DNA of 64,000 nucleotides from Lingula anatina (lineage: Eukaryota > Animalia > Brachiopoda): the NCBI GenBank assembly GCA_051362555.1, contig CM120640.1:29779967-29843966 (forward strand). The letters run 5' to 3'. Position 1 is the first letter of the stretch. Each line of letters opens with the position of its first letter. Below the pieces are notes generated by a model. The model had not been told where the DNA came from. It ran no database searches and saw only the letters and a program-made list of their open reading frames with translations. Shown piece by piece: positions 12,381-23,643 of this stretch. The translations under genes were made by a program, and so were the position numbers.

Positions 12381-13095
12381 CTGTCATTCCAGAAGAAAGG
12401 GTACAATTCCAAAATGAGAAATGCAGAAATATGAACTTTGCAAAACTGGAAAACTTTTCACAATATTTTAATGAAGGGTAGCAGAAGAATTTTAACCCAC
12501 TGTTGTCCGGTCGTATTACTTAATTATAGTCATCTCCGGTCGTATTACTAGTCATCTTTGTTTTGTTATGCAAATGATTTGCTCAGTATATATATGGCCA
12601 GCAGTAGTTCTCGGCATGGCCACGTTTGTAATTGACGAGCAGAAGGCTCAGGTCGCCAAGTCCCAAGATTTAGTGTAGTTACTTCGGCATAATCTGTGGA
12701 TCACCATCGGGCGGGAAAAGCCACATTTCTTTGTATGTATTGTTAACCATTTGCACAATGTATATGTTAAAGCATAAGTCGTTTTGTCTAGCCAAATTTA
12801 TAGTATGCACAACATTTCCCATTTCTTATACTTAATTCATTATTTCTTTTTATATTTGTATTCAGTTTATATTATATTTGTGTGTTTTTATATTATCAGT
12901 TTGGTGTTTTTATTTCATTATTTTGTTATTTTTAGTTTCACCATGTCCATGTCAGTGTGTGCGTGAATAAAGGTGTGAACATTTTCCTGTTGTTTGTGTT
13001 CGTTTGACGTGGGATCCACAACACCCACACCATTACTGTGTAACTGAGGATTAGCTTCACTGATTAATACACTAGTACATGTATAAACATTGTTT
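12381..13095 (-). mobile_element. Fragment of the Sola1-like element end, interrupted by a solo LTR
   Basis: 12381-12500 and 13024-13040 match the reverse complement of ~38050-38193. Confidence 0.7.
12501..13023 (+). mobile_element. Solo LTR (BEL/Pao- or Gypsy-type)
   Basis: TGTTG...CAACA termini, 5-bp TSD CCCAC at 12496-12500 and 13024-13028, TATA-like tract at ~12587, AATAAA at ~12965. Confidence 0.88.
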
Positions 13096-13754
13096 TCCAT
13101 TAGGTATGAAATGGCAGGTTGACAGGCATGACATGGAAGCCAATAATATACTGCAGCTGTCATTACTGGTTTCAACCTGGCAGTTAAAAACAGTATCAAT
13201 AAGATAAGATAAAATAATAATTTACGAAATAAATAAAAATACAAATGTATAAAATTGGGAATCTTTTGCCCTGTAAAAGTCCCATTATCCTAAAAATGTA
13301 TGCCAAAAGTTTTACCTTCATAGTGTCATTTATGACCTTCCAGATTAGATTCCTAAATTGGACTTTATAATTGGTACATTTCAACTAACTTTCTGCTGTT
13401 TTCTTTCAATCCAGATAAGTTACATTTGGATACCTTGTATAATGTATAACAATGAAGTACCTTGTATTACTTTTGACTAGGACAGTAGTATTTCAGTTTT
13501 TAGATAAACAGGAATTAAGATGAACCACTATATGAAGAATTTGTAGTATTCTAATGGGTAGATTGTGAGTTATTGCAGAGCATGAATCATGGAAACCAGT
13601 TCAGAATGTCTCAGTATTGTCTGCAGATCACCATTCTGTACTTGTCTTCCAACATATGGTATCAGTGCACGTACTATTAACTTTCTACAAAATAAAGTTT
13701 ATTTAACAATTAAGATATATTGGTTTGTATGGTCAGTCTTCAGTTGTCCCTTGT

Positions 13755-14117
13755 CAGACATGCTGAAACTGTCGGTCCCATCGGTCATGACCAGGAAAAT
13801 TTGTCTGGACCAGTAGAAAATTTGACTTGGTCGGTCCAAAGGACTGACAAGAGTTTTAAGAACCGCAATTTTGAATTTACAGTCATCTTTCGACATACTT
13901 CACTAATAAAATTATATAAAACCCAAAGCGTTTTTTCCCTTCCATTTCATACCTATCACATTAACAAACAAAGTAAGCTACCCTAATCGTACTGGTAGCA
14001 TCTGTCTCAAAGGAATAGAGTGATTTTCAGTCCAACAAAAATCCATTCAGTCCGTCAAATTTTTCATTACTGACGGTCCAAATGTCTGGCCATTTTGAAA
14101 AGTTTTCAGCACGTCTG
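13755..14117. mobile_element. MITE with CAG termini and 6-bp TSD (hAT-like)
   Basis: TIRs CAGACATGCTGAAA and TTTCAGCACGTCTG; TSD CCTTGT on both sides; internal GGTCC/GGACC motifs. Confidence 0.8.
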
Positions 14118-14338
14118 CCTTGTGGATAATTAATACTAGCTGCAAACTAATAACTTAGAATTTCTTAAATGCCATATTCAGTAATGTTCCAAAATTGACT
14201 TACAATAGGACTACTAGTAAATTACAGCTTGAATTAGAAAATAAGCTGCATTGGATTCTTTTTCTGGAAGTGCCCACTAATGCAGTTTTTTGTTGAATTT
14301 TCATTTTTCACATATTGGCATTTTCAGTGTGGGACTTG

Positions 14339-14457
14339 GAACTCTCAGAGGCATGAAGCTGTATGGTAGTTACACTTAGAACTCTCAGAGGCATGAAGCT
14401 GTATGGTAGTTACACTTAGAACTCTCAGAGGCATGAAGCTGTATGGTAGTTACACTC
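14339..14457 (+). repeat. 40-bp minisatellite, 3 copies
   Basis: ACTCTCAGAGGCATGAAGCTGTATGGTAGTTACACT at 14341, 14381 and 14421. Confidence 0.95.
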
Positions 14458-14759
14458 TCTCAATGTCCAAGTAGATAATTAAAAATTGGTAATGATTATG
14501 CTGTTAATCATTATATGATATTGCAAGGAAATTGTCAACAACAACAAGGAAAGCTGTTACTTTCTAACTTACAAGAATGATTCTTACAACTGATATACAG
14601 CTCAAATTGGAAAACCAGCTTGATTGGAATTTTTCTTGTCTGAAACTTTCATTTTTCTCATTCTGGCATATTTCAGTTTGTGAATTTGCATTTTCATGGG
14701 CATTATGCCAGCTACATATTCCTAACATCTATAACCTTTTTATGCATCATTTTCTGCTT

Positions 14760-15074
14760 TTTATGTACAGACACAGTTTTGTCTGTACATACAGCCGTCA
14801 CCTGTATCTGCCGTTGCCGTCATCGTTGTTGTCGCCACGGTCGCTATCGTTGCCCTGCACTTTCAGTGATAACATGATAAGTAAAATACAGATTTACCTT
14901 TTGGCTTCAAACTTACAGAACTGATGACTATTCATAAAATGCAGGTCAGCATGATGGGCCATTTTTTTCAAAAGTTATGCTGTTTTTTTTGTTTTTTTTC
15001 CAGCATATATGCAGCACTGAAAACTGTTAGGCCTTTTCTTTTGAAACTGTATATTTATCAGCTTTGCTCTGTAG
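14760..15074 (+). mobile_element. 5' part of a HINE-like element
   Basis: TGTACAGAC...GTCTGTACA inverted repeat, (GCC/GTC/GTT) microsatellite, core shared with 4054-4340. Confidence 0.6.
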
Positions 15075-15917
15075 TTAGGATTCCCCATAGGGGAATACTA
15101 TTGTTTTTGGTATTCTTATTCTTCTTATTATTATTATTTTTCGTCAAAAAATTTCTTTCTAAAATTCTGAAAAAATTCATAGTGATAGCCTATGAAAAGT
15201 TATTCCGGTCCACCCAATTTTTTGACCTTAACCTACTTTTCAAGGTCACAGAGCCTTTTAAAGTGGAATTTTTGCAAATTTCAAAATGCAATATCTCCTA
15301 GAATTTTCAACATTTTGACAAATTCTTTCATAGGTGAGGTCACACAATGATTCTTTATCATATGACCCAATTTTAGGAAAAGTAGGTCAGGTCAAGGTCA
15401 ACTTATTGCAAAATATGCTCCAGGAGGTTGACACTCGACAGGGGGTAAACCAGATGTCACAAAGCCACAAGGACGATGTAAAAAGTTGCCCTAGATATCT
15501 ATCTAGTGCAGTCGCTAATAATATTGACAATTGACTGATTAGTTTTTTTAATATAGATTTTTGAATATTAATAATTTCACAGAAATAGCGACTTTGTCAA
15601 TTTCTCCATGAAATCCTGATTTTTTGTGATAACATGCTATAGTAAACTACCCCAAACATATATCCAACACCCCAAAATCAAATGTTAAATTTGACCTTGA
15701 CCCTCATTTTCAAGGTCATTTGGCTATTTCATGGAGAAATATTGAAGAGGGCTAAAAGTGATGTTTTGTTGACCCCCCCCACCCCCAATTTGCACATGCC
15801 CTTTTAGAATACATGGTCAAATTTAACCCATGACCTTCACATGACCTTGTAAGAGCATTTCCACACCTATTTTGCAGGGGAATCCTCGGCCACTGGCTTT
15901 AGCCAGTTGCAGTCTAG
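15075..15917 (+). mobile_element. HINE (non-autonomous Helentron)
   Basis: 5' AGGATTCCCC-ATA-GGGGAATAC inverted repeat, (TTC/TTA)n tract, TGACCTT-rich core, 3' subTIR GGGGAATCCT, hairpin ACTGGCT-TT-AGCCAGT, CTAG-TT end. Confidence 0.8.
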
Positions 15918-16499
15918 TTTTAATTATTTTCTTTCAAATGACAAATGCAAGTAGGTTTTAATTGTTTTATTTCTTTGAATTTTAGTGTATGGAAAAGGAT
16001 GTGTTACTGGATATATTGTTAAAAAAGGAGAAGATTGACTTAGAGAACTGATGTGATACCCTGTAAGATGAGCTATCCAGTAAGATGGCAGTTTCATCCA
16101 GTCACCCCATACTACAGTACTGTTATCTGATGTGCTCTACAAAGTGTGGCTGCCCAAACCATCTCAGAGCTTTTAACCACTGTATAACCTGTAGAATAGG
16201 TCAAGGTCATGAGGGAAGACAGGTAAGAAAATCATTTTGGTCACTTTACCACCTTATAATACCAGATAGAACTTTGCCTTATATTTGGTATTTCTTGTTG
16301 TTGGAAATTTATTGAGAATTTAAACAACTGCAAGTGCTTATGTATTATGGGAAGACATTGAACATTGTGACATCAACAAATGCTGGTGTTTTATGCGCAT
16401 TCGGAACTACTTGGGTTGTCTCGCACACTCCACAATAACCTCGGACATGATGGGATGGCATCCATAGCATGCTTTGAATATTGGAAAAGGAACTACTTT

Positions 16500-16660
16500 C
16501 AGTCCCATGCCCAAATGACACATGCGAAGACTAGTCGCAGTTTAGGATCAGGTTTGGATAGCTCAGAGACAATGTGCAATTTCATTTTATCTGATTAGTT
16601 TTTACAATACTGCCCAAAAATTGGATTTTAGGGAACTTGTCCCTCTGGTGTATAGGCCCT
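16500..16660 (-). pseudogene. RecQ-like helicase fragment, possibly Academ-transposon derived
   Basis: Manual translation IFGQY...DKMKLHIVSELSKPDPKLRLVFA(fs)LGMGL resembles SF2/RecQ motif V (RxVFATxALGMG). Confidence 0.4.
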
Positions 16661-16776
16661 GGTTGAGTGAAAAGGCAGTTCCAGCAGAGAAATGTACCAA
16701 TTTGATACATATTCCTACACTTATCTTGTCCGAGGTTTGTATGGAGCTTGTGGAGTCAGCCGAGGATTGCCAATTG

Positions 16777-16983
16777 GTATATGGGAAGACACTGAACATT
16801 GTGACATCAACAATTGCAGTTGTATTATGGGAAGACATTGAACATTGTGACATCGACAATTGCAGTTGTATTATGGGAATACATTGAACATTGTGACATC
16901 AACAATTGCTGTTGTATTATGGGAATACATTGAACATTGTGACATCAACAATTGCTGTTGTATTATGGGAATTAAACATTGAA
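16777..16983 (+). repeat. 46-bp minisatellite, ~4.5 copies, plus an outlier at ~16342
   Basis: GTATTATGGGAAkACATTGAACATTGTGACATCrACAATTGCwGTT at 16822, 16868 and 16914. Confidence 0.95.
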
Positions 16984-17738
16984 GGGCAGAAACCACTAAA
17001 TGGACCAATCACCAACTGTTTTAGACAAATGTAGTTCAGTGAGAGAAAGTTAATTGATGCTTTTTACCTATTTTTCCTGGCATTTCTTGTGTGTTCCTAT
17101 GGTAAATTTTGGTGTCAACTAGCAGGCTAGGGTGTAAAATATTGCCATTTTTTTTTCAGAGCCAGGCATAGTTGTGGTGCAGTCCTGAGACCTCTGGTGG
17201 AGGGAGCTACTGTGAGCGGTGCAGTGGTTTGTTTACAAACAGAGGGGTGCACATGTTCAAGTAATGCCGGTAAAAAAGTTTACTTGATGACAGTATATTT
17301 TTGTGCCATTGGGAGTTATGTCAGTGTGTCTGCTGTCCATGGGGATGTGAAATGTTTCACCCATTTATTTTCTTCATGTAGTTTTGCAGGCATTTCTTAG
17401 TATGACCATCAATGGGAAATTATTTGTTGTTTCTGTCCTGAAGGGGGAAAAATGACATTTGTTCACCTTTGGCTTAGTTTCTATATTTAAAGCAGCACAG
17501 GCTATAAAAGGGGGTCTTGCATCATTTCATTCAAAAAATGGCTATAAATTATCAATTTTTTTATCAAATAAATGGAAAATTACACAGAATTTCTTTATTT
17601 ATTTATTTTTACATTTACTTCATTTCTAGATTTCTCAATTATATTTTTAAGTTTTAAGTAGAAGAAAGACCAACAATCCCTTGTATATTTCACAACCAGT
17701 TTATTACAGAGTAGTATCTTGAAATCATACATTTTCTT

Positions 17739-19564
17739 TTAATTACATGCTCTCTTTGAATAACTGTGATCAGGAAATACAAGTTTTGGCATAGATATAC
17801 ATTTTCTATAGTCATAACTTTTCAATGCTTTAGATCTGTCATACTTTATGTAGCAGTTAAGGATTCTCCTTGTAGCTCTTAACTTGATTGCAAGTGTCTT
17901 ATTGTGATTCACTCTCATTTTCATCTGTTTTTCATCTTTCTCCAGATATTTAATGACTGAGGAGTTTGCACAATACCAACAGAGGCCATCTTACTCAAAC
18001 TGGATAGTTTAAGTCCATTATTCTATAAGTGGACTGCACTGTTAATCCTTCCTGCAAAGTTCCGAGAAAAGGTGACATCTTTATTATTAGTTTTCTGAAA
18101 TGTCCGGGTCAAAGACTCCACTTTTTGTGTGTTGGTATTGATTAAGTTTTGTTGATTTAATTGCCCTTGGGCCCAGTCTATAATTTAGGCACTGTCTCAA
18201 AATTTGCATGTTTTCAGTGTTGCTAAAGTCTAGTTTGCCTTTCTCAGGGAAAATAGTTTCTGAGTCATTACATACATAAGAGTACTTTAAACTGTTTTGA
18301 CAATCACCACTGTAACAACTAATTATAGAGTCAATTACATAACTCAGTGCTCTTTTAATCAACTCTATGTCCCCATGATTTGCTCTAAAGCAAGCATCAA
18401 ATTCAGAATAGCAGCACATTGCTATGCACTGAGCAAAGCATTTTTGCATTTTGTCTCTAGTGTTTTTTGTTTTTGCTGGAAACACTTGACCATAAAATGG
18501 TGCTTTTTCTATTTGTTTTTTCAAAGCTTTGGTGAAGTGTCGTGTGTCCTGAAGACTTTCAACATTGTCACATGCAGAGTGGGATTGACTGTCCCCATCA
18601 GTAGTTAAGGTGCCAACTGTGACCTCTCCAGAAATATCCTCAAGGATCTGCTGCATGGCGCATTGTTTGTCCCCAATACTATTCTCTTCTTGTAGATTGG
18701 TTGTACAGACTCCACTGTGATCTGGACAAGAGACATCTTCTCTTCTACTTCTGAGCGGATGAGCAGTACTGGGGAAGCGCTTACACTCGCCAATTTAGCC
18801 AAATGCTAAAACTGACTGAAATTGGCTAAAGAAAAAGGGCTTGATTTGACATGTTTTAGCCAAATTATAACCATTTTGATAACAAATTAACAAAAATGTG
18901 GTGATATGGCTAAGCGAAAAAAATTGCTAGCGCTACCCCAGCAGTATGACAGAGCTTGTCACTAATGTAAACACCAATAATGTCCTTCTGGCTTGTCACA
19001 TTCTCTGCCACAGTGTACACAGTCTGAGTGGCTGGCTGGTATGGTGTTTTGTTCCCTCTGCTGAACAGGCTATTATGGTATCTCCCATCTCCTTCCACTG
19101 CTCTGGGCTGTGCTCCATTCCCTCTGAGATCCTGAATGTGACACAAGTTTTCACGGTGTTGCTGCATGTCAGCTATCTGCACTGACTTTGTTAGCTTGTG
19201 TCTGCATGGCTGATGGGCTGGGCGGGGTCACATTGCTTGCCATTAGGATCTGCCTCATTGCTGTGTTAGAGGTCATATTCTGTGACAGGTCTACTTGCAA
19301 GCCTGCATTCACTGTTGCTGCTCTCCGGCCACGCTGCTTGCTTTGGACTTCATTGTACAGTTTCTGCTTCCCTGTCCTGTACTGACATGTGTCACATTTT
19401 AGTCCCATTGACCAAGCCACTCCCCACTTGCTACTCTGCCTCTCTGTCCCTAACCACTGAGCCAGTGCACTTGGCCGTGTGCTCTGACAAGACTTTGTTG
19501 ACCAGATTGACAATTTTTCTCCTGAAACCAACTTGTATTCATCATCTGGGGGTTGGGGCTGCAT
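17739..19564 (-). pseudogene. Decayed DDE transposase (Mutator-like/Kolobok-type)
   Basis: CxxC (CDTC), EGDGRY, TPYQPATQ, ENVT...KLC, CPDH..CTTN, TTDGDS, DTRH, CYSGDC, C-terminal DHSY; several frameshifts and one MITE insertion. Confidence 0.75.
18769..18941. mobile_element. 173-bp MITE inside the transposase
   Basis: TIRs CTGGGGAAGCGCT and AGCGCTACCCCAG; 5-bp TSD CAGTA; excision restores the frame DKLCHTAHPLRSRREDVSCPDHSGVC. Confidence 0.9.
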
Positions 19565-19772
19565 ATTTGCTATTGGGGGGGCGGGGGGGGGGGGGGGGGA
19601 GGGGAGGGCTGTCTACTGGACAAACTAAAATCTCTGGCTGGGGCCTCCTATGTCTTAGGGTAACAGGTTCATCAGGATTGCTGCTGAGGGTTGTTGATGG
19701 CCTGAGGTTGTTGATGGTGGAGAGGAGGCTGCCTGGTACAATTCTTGGCTGGGTCTGATGGGCTGTCTGATG

Positions 19773-19943
19773 GGCAGCGCGAGCACTGGCAGCGCGAGCC
19801 AGTTACTATAAGTTACTATAAGTAACTGGCTCGCGCTGCCAGTAATTACGCGGCGGGATATTCAGTGCACAGACCGTGATCATAAGACATGCCGCAAATA
19901 GAAAATAGAATTTAGAAAATAGACATTGCATGTGAACGAAGCC
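19773..19943. mobile_element. Right part of a Harbinger-like MITE with an internal palindrome
   Basis: 23-bp perfect inverted repeat at 19785-19807 and 19821-19843; ends GTGAACGAAGCC followed by TAA. Confidence 0.5.
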
Positions 19944-22904
19944 TAAATAGTTGAATAATTTTCCCAAATTTATTTATTTTTTTTCTTATTTATTTATTTA
20001 TTTATTTTTACTAATTTAAATGATAACAATGATTAATTGAAGAATTGGTATAAAATCTGTAGGTACCATTGTGTGTATATAAAGAAGGGCTGTGTGATGA
20101 TCCTCTTTAGCACAGAGTTCAAAGACCTAGATGATGTCAACACTGGAAAGGTGTTTATGCAGGTGAGTTATGAGTTCGTAAAAACATAAAGCATTGCCCT
20201 CTTTTTTATCACTTTGAAATTAGTTTAGAAGAATTCCTGCTTTAAAATGGCAATTCCATTGCACAGCCTTTAAATTGTCTTCAGTTATAGAAAAAGATCC
20301 AAAGAATGGAACTTCCGAGTTATTACCATTTTTTCTAAATGATGTACATTATTTCACTAGATGTCTGTCATGCCTACTGAACCTGCTTGGGGGGTAATTT
20401 ATTATCATTTAGCAGGTTCAGTAGGTGTGTCAGACATCTAATTAATTAAGCCACTTAAGCTTAAAGCAATGAGCGAGAAACCCTTTGGAGATGGATCGAT
20501 CCTGTTAGATTGATCTAAGTATATGGGAAGCCAGTCTTTATATTTGCTATGTCTAAAGGTTGGTGTACTAATAGATAACATTTTCTCCTATAACGTGAAT
20601 TAATATTATATGAATCAATATTATATAACGTATTTGTTTTTTATGTAAATATGATGATGGTTTACTCAAACTGCCAGTGTTAATGAAGGGTTGTGTTCAG
20701 TTGAAAGATAAAAATATTGAAAGAGTACAGATACAGTAGTATTGATGACTGGCCAGAAACCAAAAAATAAGATTTGGAACAATGAAAAACAAAAATTCAT
20801 TTCTATTATAGACAGACCATACCTGTTGAGGTGAAAATATTTGATTTTTTCAAAGAATTTACAATTCTTGTGTCACCTCTCTTGCCTATAGATTAATCTG
20901 CTTCATATAGTGAAGAAGATATTTGTTTGATGTGTGTATTTGTGTGTATATATTCTGATCTCTGTGAGCTCTCACAGACACCATAGGTCAACTTAGAGTG
21001 GTCCAACTCTGTGCCTGGACTCTCGCAAAGTGCAATCAGGTTAACTGAATAACACGCCTCTGCAGGCATTGAATAGAATACAAAATAGCTGCTGATTATA
21101 TGCAAGTATGTTGGAAACAAGAGGAGGCATGTCATTCACTTAAACTGTTTGCACTCAGCAAGAGTCCCTGCAAATCTACTATCAATGTCAGATTTGTTTT
21201 TTAGTTGATTTTTCATTTCAGAATTTTATCACATTTCTTGTGGAAGTAGTGAGCAAGGACCAGAAATTGTTGGTGGTTACTGCGGCTCTGGACGTCAGCG
21301 TTGATCATCTGTACCTGTTGTCATGGAGATCAGGGTGACAGACATACTCCAGACCATATGGTACCACAGCTGACAGCTGAGGTAAAACTGCTCCCTGTGG
21401 TTTTATTTATTTATTTATTTATTTATCAAAACAACTTAAGACCTATATCAGCTGCAAATCCATCATCTGCATAGTGGACAATATAAAAAAGCGTCATGTT
21501 TTGCTTACTAAAATGATTCCTGCAGTTGGGTATTTAATATATTCTTAAACAATGTAATAATATCTTTATTTAAAGATATATTGATCAATTAAAGCAATGG
21601 ATATCTTCTGAAAGAATATTGTGAAAATTTTCCAGATTCATCAACAGTAAAGCAGCCTGGGAGCCCACCTTCCTATCAGTATATGACAGCAAGGACAAAT
21701 CTGGTTCAGTTCATCAAATACAAGTATTGACCAGTAGATTAACTTAGACCCATTCCCATACCTAGATCGATCTAGCAGGATCGACCCATCTCACTAAATT
21801 GCATTCAGATTATGCAGCTTAGATGTCTGGCACACCTACTAAACTTTACGTCAATCGAAATCAAGTGAAGTCTAATGCGTTTAATTCTTGAAAATAAAAG
21901 ATAATATACATATCGTAACCTTTGATGTGGTGAAAAACTTGAAAACTGGATAAGGAAAGAAAAGGGAGCCAATGTTCAGATTTATGCATCAGATTTTATT
22001 TTCAGAAATGATGATAAAATAAATCTTATTTTTCAGGTAAAATAATACATTTACAGAAAATCAAAATATGGAGAGCATCCGTAATACAGGGACATCGAAT
22101 GTTTTCTGAACTAAAAAATAATTATTTGCTTGTCTTTATATGTATTTATTTTATACAGTAGTTACACGCAATAAAGTGGCATGGTATGGTATACAGATAT
22201 GTATGTATGCATATGTTTTTGAGAAATGTATATGTGAGAAGTGATTTGTATTGTACTCCACATTTTAATGCTTATTTCTTAAGTCTAAGTAAAGAAAATA
22301 TATATTCTATTTCGCAAAATACATGTTTAATAATCCTTACGTAGAATACATTGATCATATGTTACTGAACATGTCAAACTACTGTCTTTAAGTTAGTAAT
22401 TAAACTCATCACAGGCATCTGTAAGTAGCAGGAGAACGAGATCATGATGGGTAATTTAAACAAATCTGCAGATTGTTACTTTTCATGAAATTTGTATTTG
22501 CAACTTATTCGAAATAAACAAAATGTTTGCACACGCACTTGTAGAAAAGTGTATGACTACCAGGGTGGTATTACTGGGAAGTGGTTGAAGGGGGTAGAGA
22601 GTTCGAGGCCCATCTCGCCATGCCTATAACTAAGTGTACGTCTCTGTGGTTTAGGGGTACAGTGGTTGCCTGCTTCGCGGATTAGATTCCCGACACGTTT
22701 GGAAAACACGAGACCCGAGTTCTATCTTGAGAAATGTACATGTACTATTCTTAACATCATCTACTTTCCAGGGAAGAAATTTAAAGTTTACGGCAGCTGT
22801 GGACAATATGTCTACCTGGAGTCTGGGAACTACACTTGGTCTTATCTTGGTCGCGCAGCGACCTCTATTGTAGTCTTTGTTTGTTGGTGCGCTTTTCACC
22901 CGGC

Positions 22905-23643
22905 ATGGCCGGAAACAACTTCATCTGACAAAATTAGCAAGGAAATTTTGAAAGAACTTAGGTGTTTATCCGACAGGGTAGAGAGATTAGAACAGGGAGC
23001 TTCATCGGACGGGCCCGATAGCGCAGATAAGCGCGTCTCTGTCCCCACAACTCAGTTTTCAAACTTGTGGGATTCGACAGACATCCAGAGGGAGTTCGAC
23101 TCCATCAAAGACTCGGTACAATCGGTCAAAATACCGAAAGAACTTAAAGTAAGTGACTCCAAGTCAGGTATTAGAAGGGATGACCAATCGTCCTGTCATA
23201 TTATTCAACGTTGTGCTCGATACGCGGAAACTACATTAAAACTGTTAACAAAAGTTCCCAATGAGGGCCCAATTTCAGAGGACATCTTGTCAGATATATA
23301 TAAAACTCGAGTAGCTAATCTTCGTTTTTTACAAGAGGAGCATGCGTCCTTGATGGTCAAAGGCCAGTTTGGCCCACAAACCTCACAATTGTGGAGATCG
23401 CTACAAAAGAACACTTCAGCCTTTTCCGAGCAGTCACTGCAGACTCTGCAGAGTGCAGTGACCATTCAGGCTGCAGCTAGGCCACAGCAGCGTTATAACA
23501 GTGGCAGGGGCAATTACCAACCTTTTAATAGGAATAATCGTTCTGGAAGTTACGGTAATCATGATACCTTTGATTGATTTGCTAATAGGGAATTCCCTTC
23601 TAATAGGTCACAATCTGGGATCAATGCAAATCAAGGTGATTAA
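22905..23643 (+). pseudogene. DIRS ORF1 (gag-like)
   Basis: Coiled-coil-rich ORF with an RG/N-rich tail immediately after repeat A1; premature stop at 23575; apparent frameshift just after the ATG at 22905. Confidence 0.7.

Larger units (their letters stand above)
15986..21381 (+). pseudogene. Candidate decayed spliced gene (exon-like blocks 15986-16222, 17160-17269, 20063-20162, 21222-21381), product unknown
   Basis: GC-richer blocks bounded by pyrimidine-AG acceptors and GTAAG/GTGAG/GTAAA donors; in-frame stops in two blocks; no family recognised. Confidence 0.3.

Noticed and set aside
22666-22904. N-terminal extension of the 303-aa ORF
   Set aside because: It begins outside the element boundary (22816) at a non-ATG start and reads through repeat A1.
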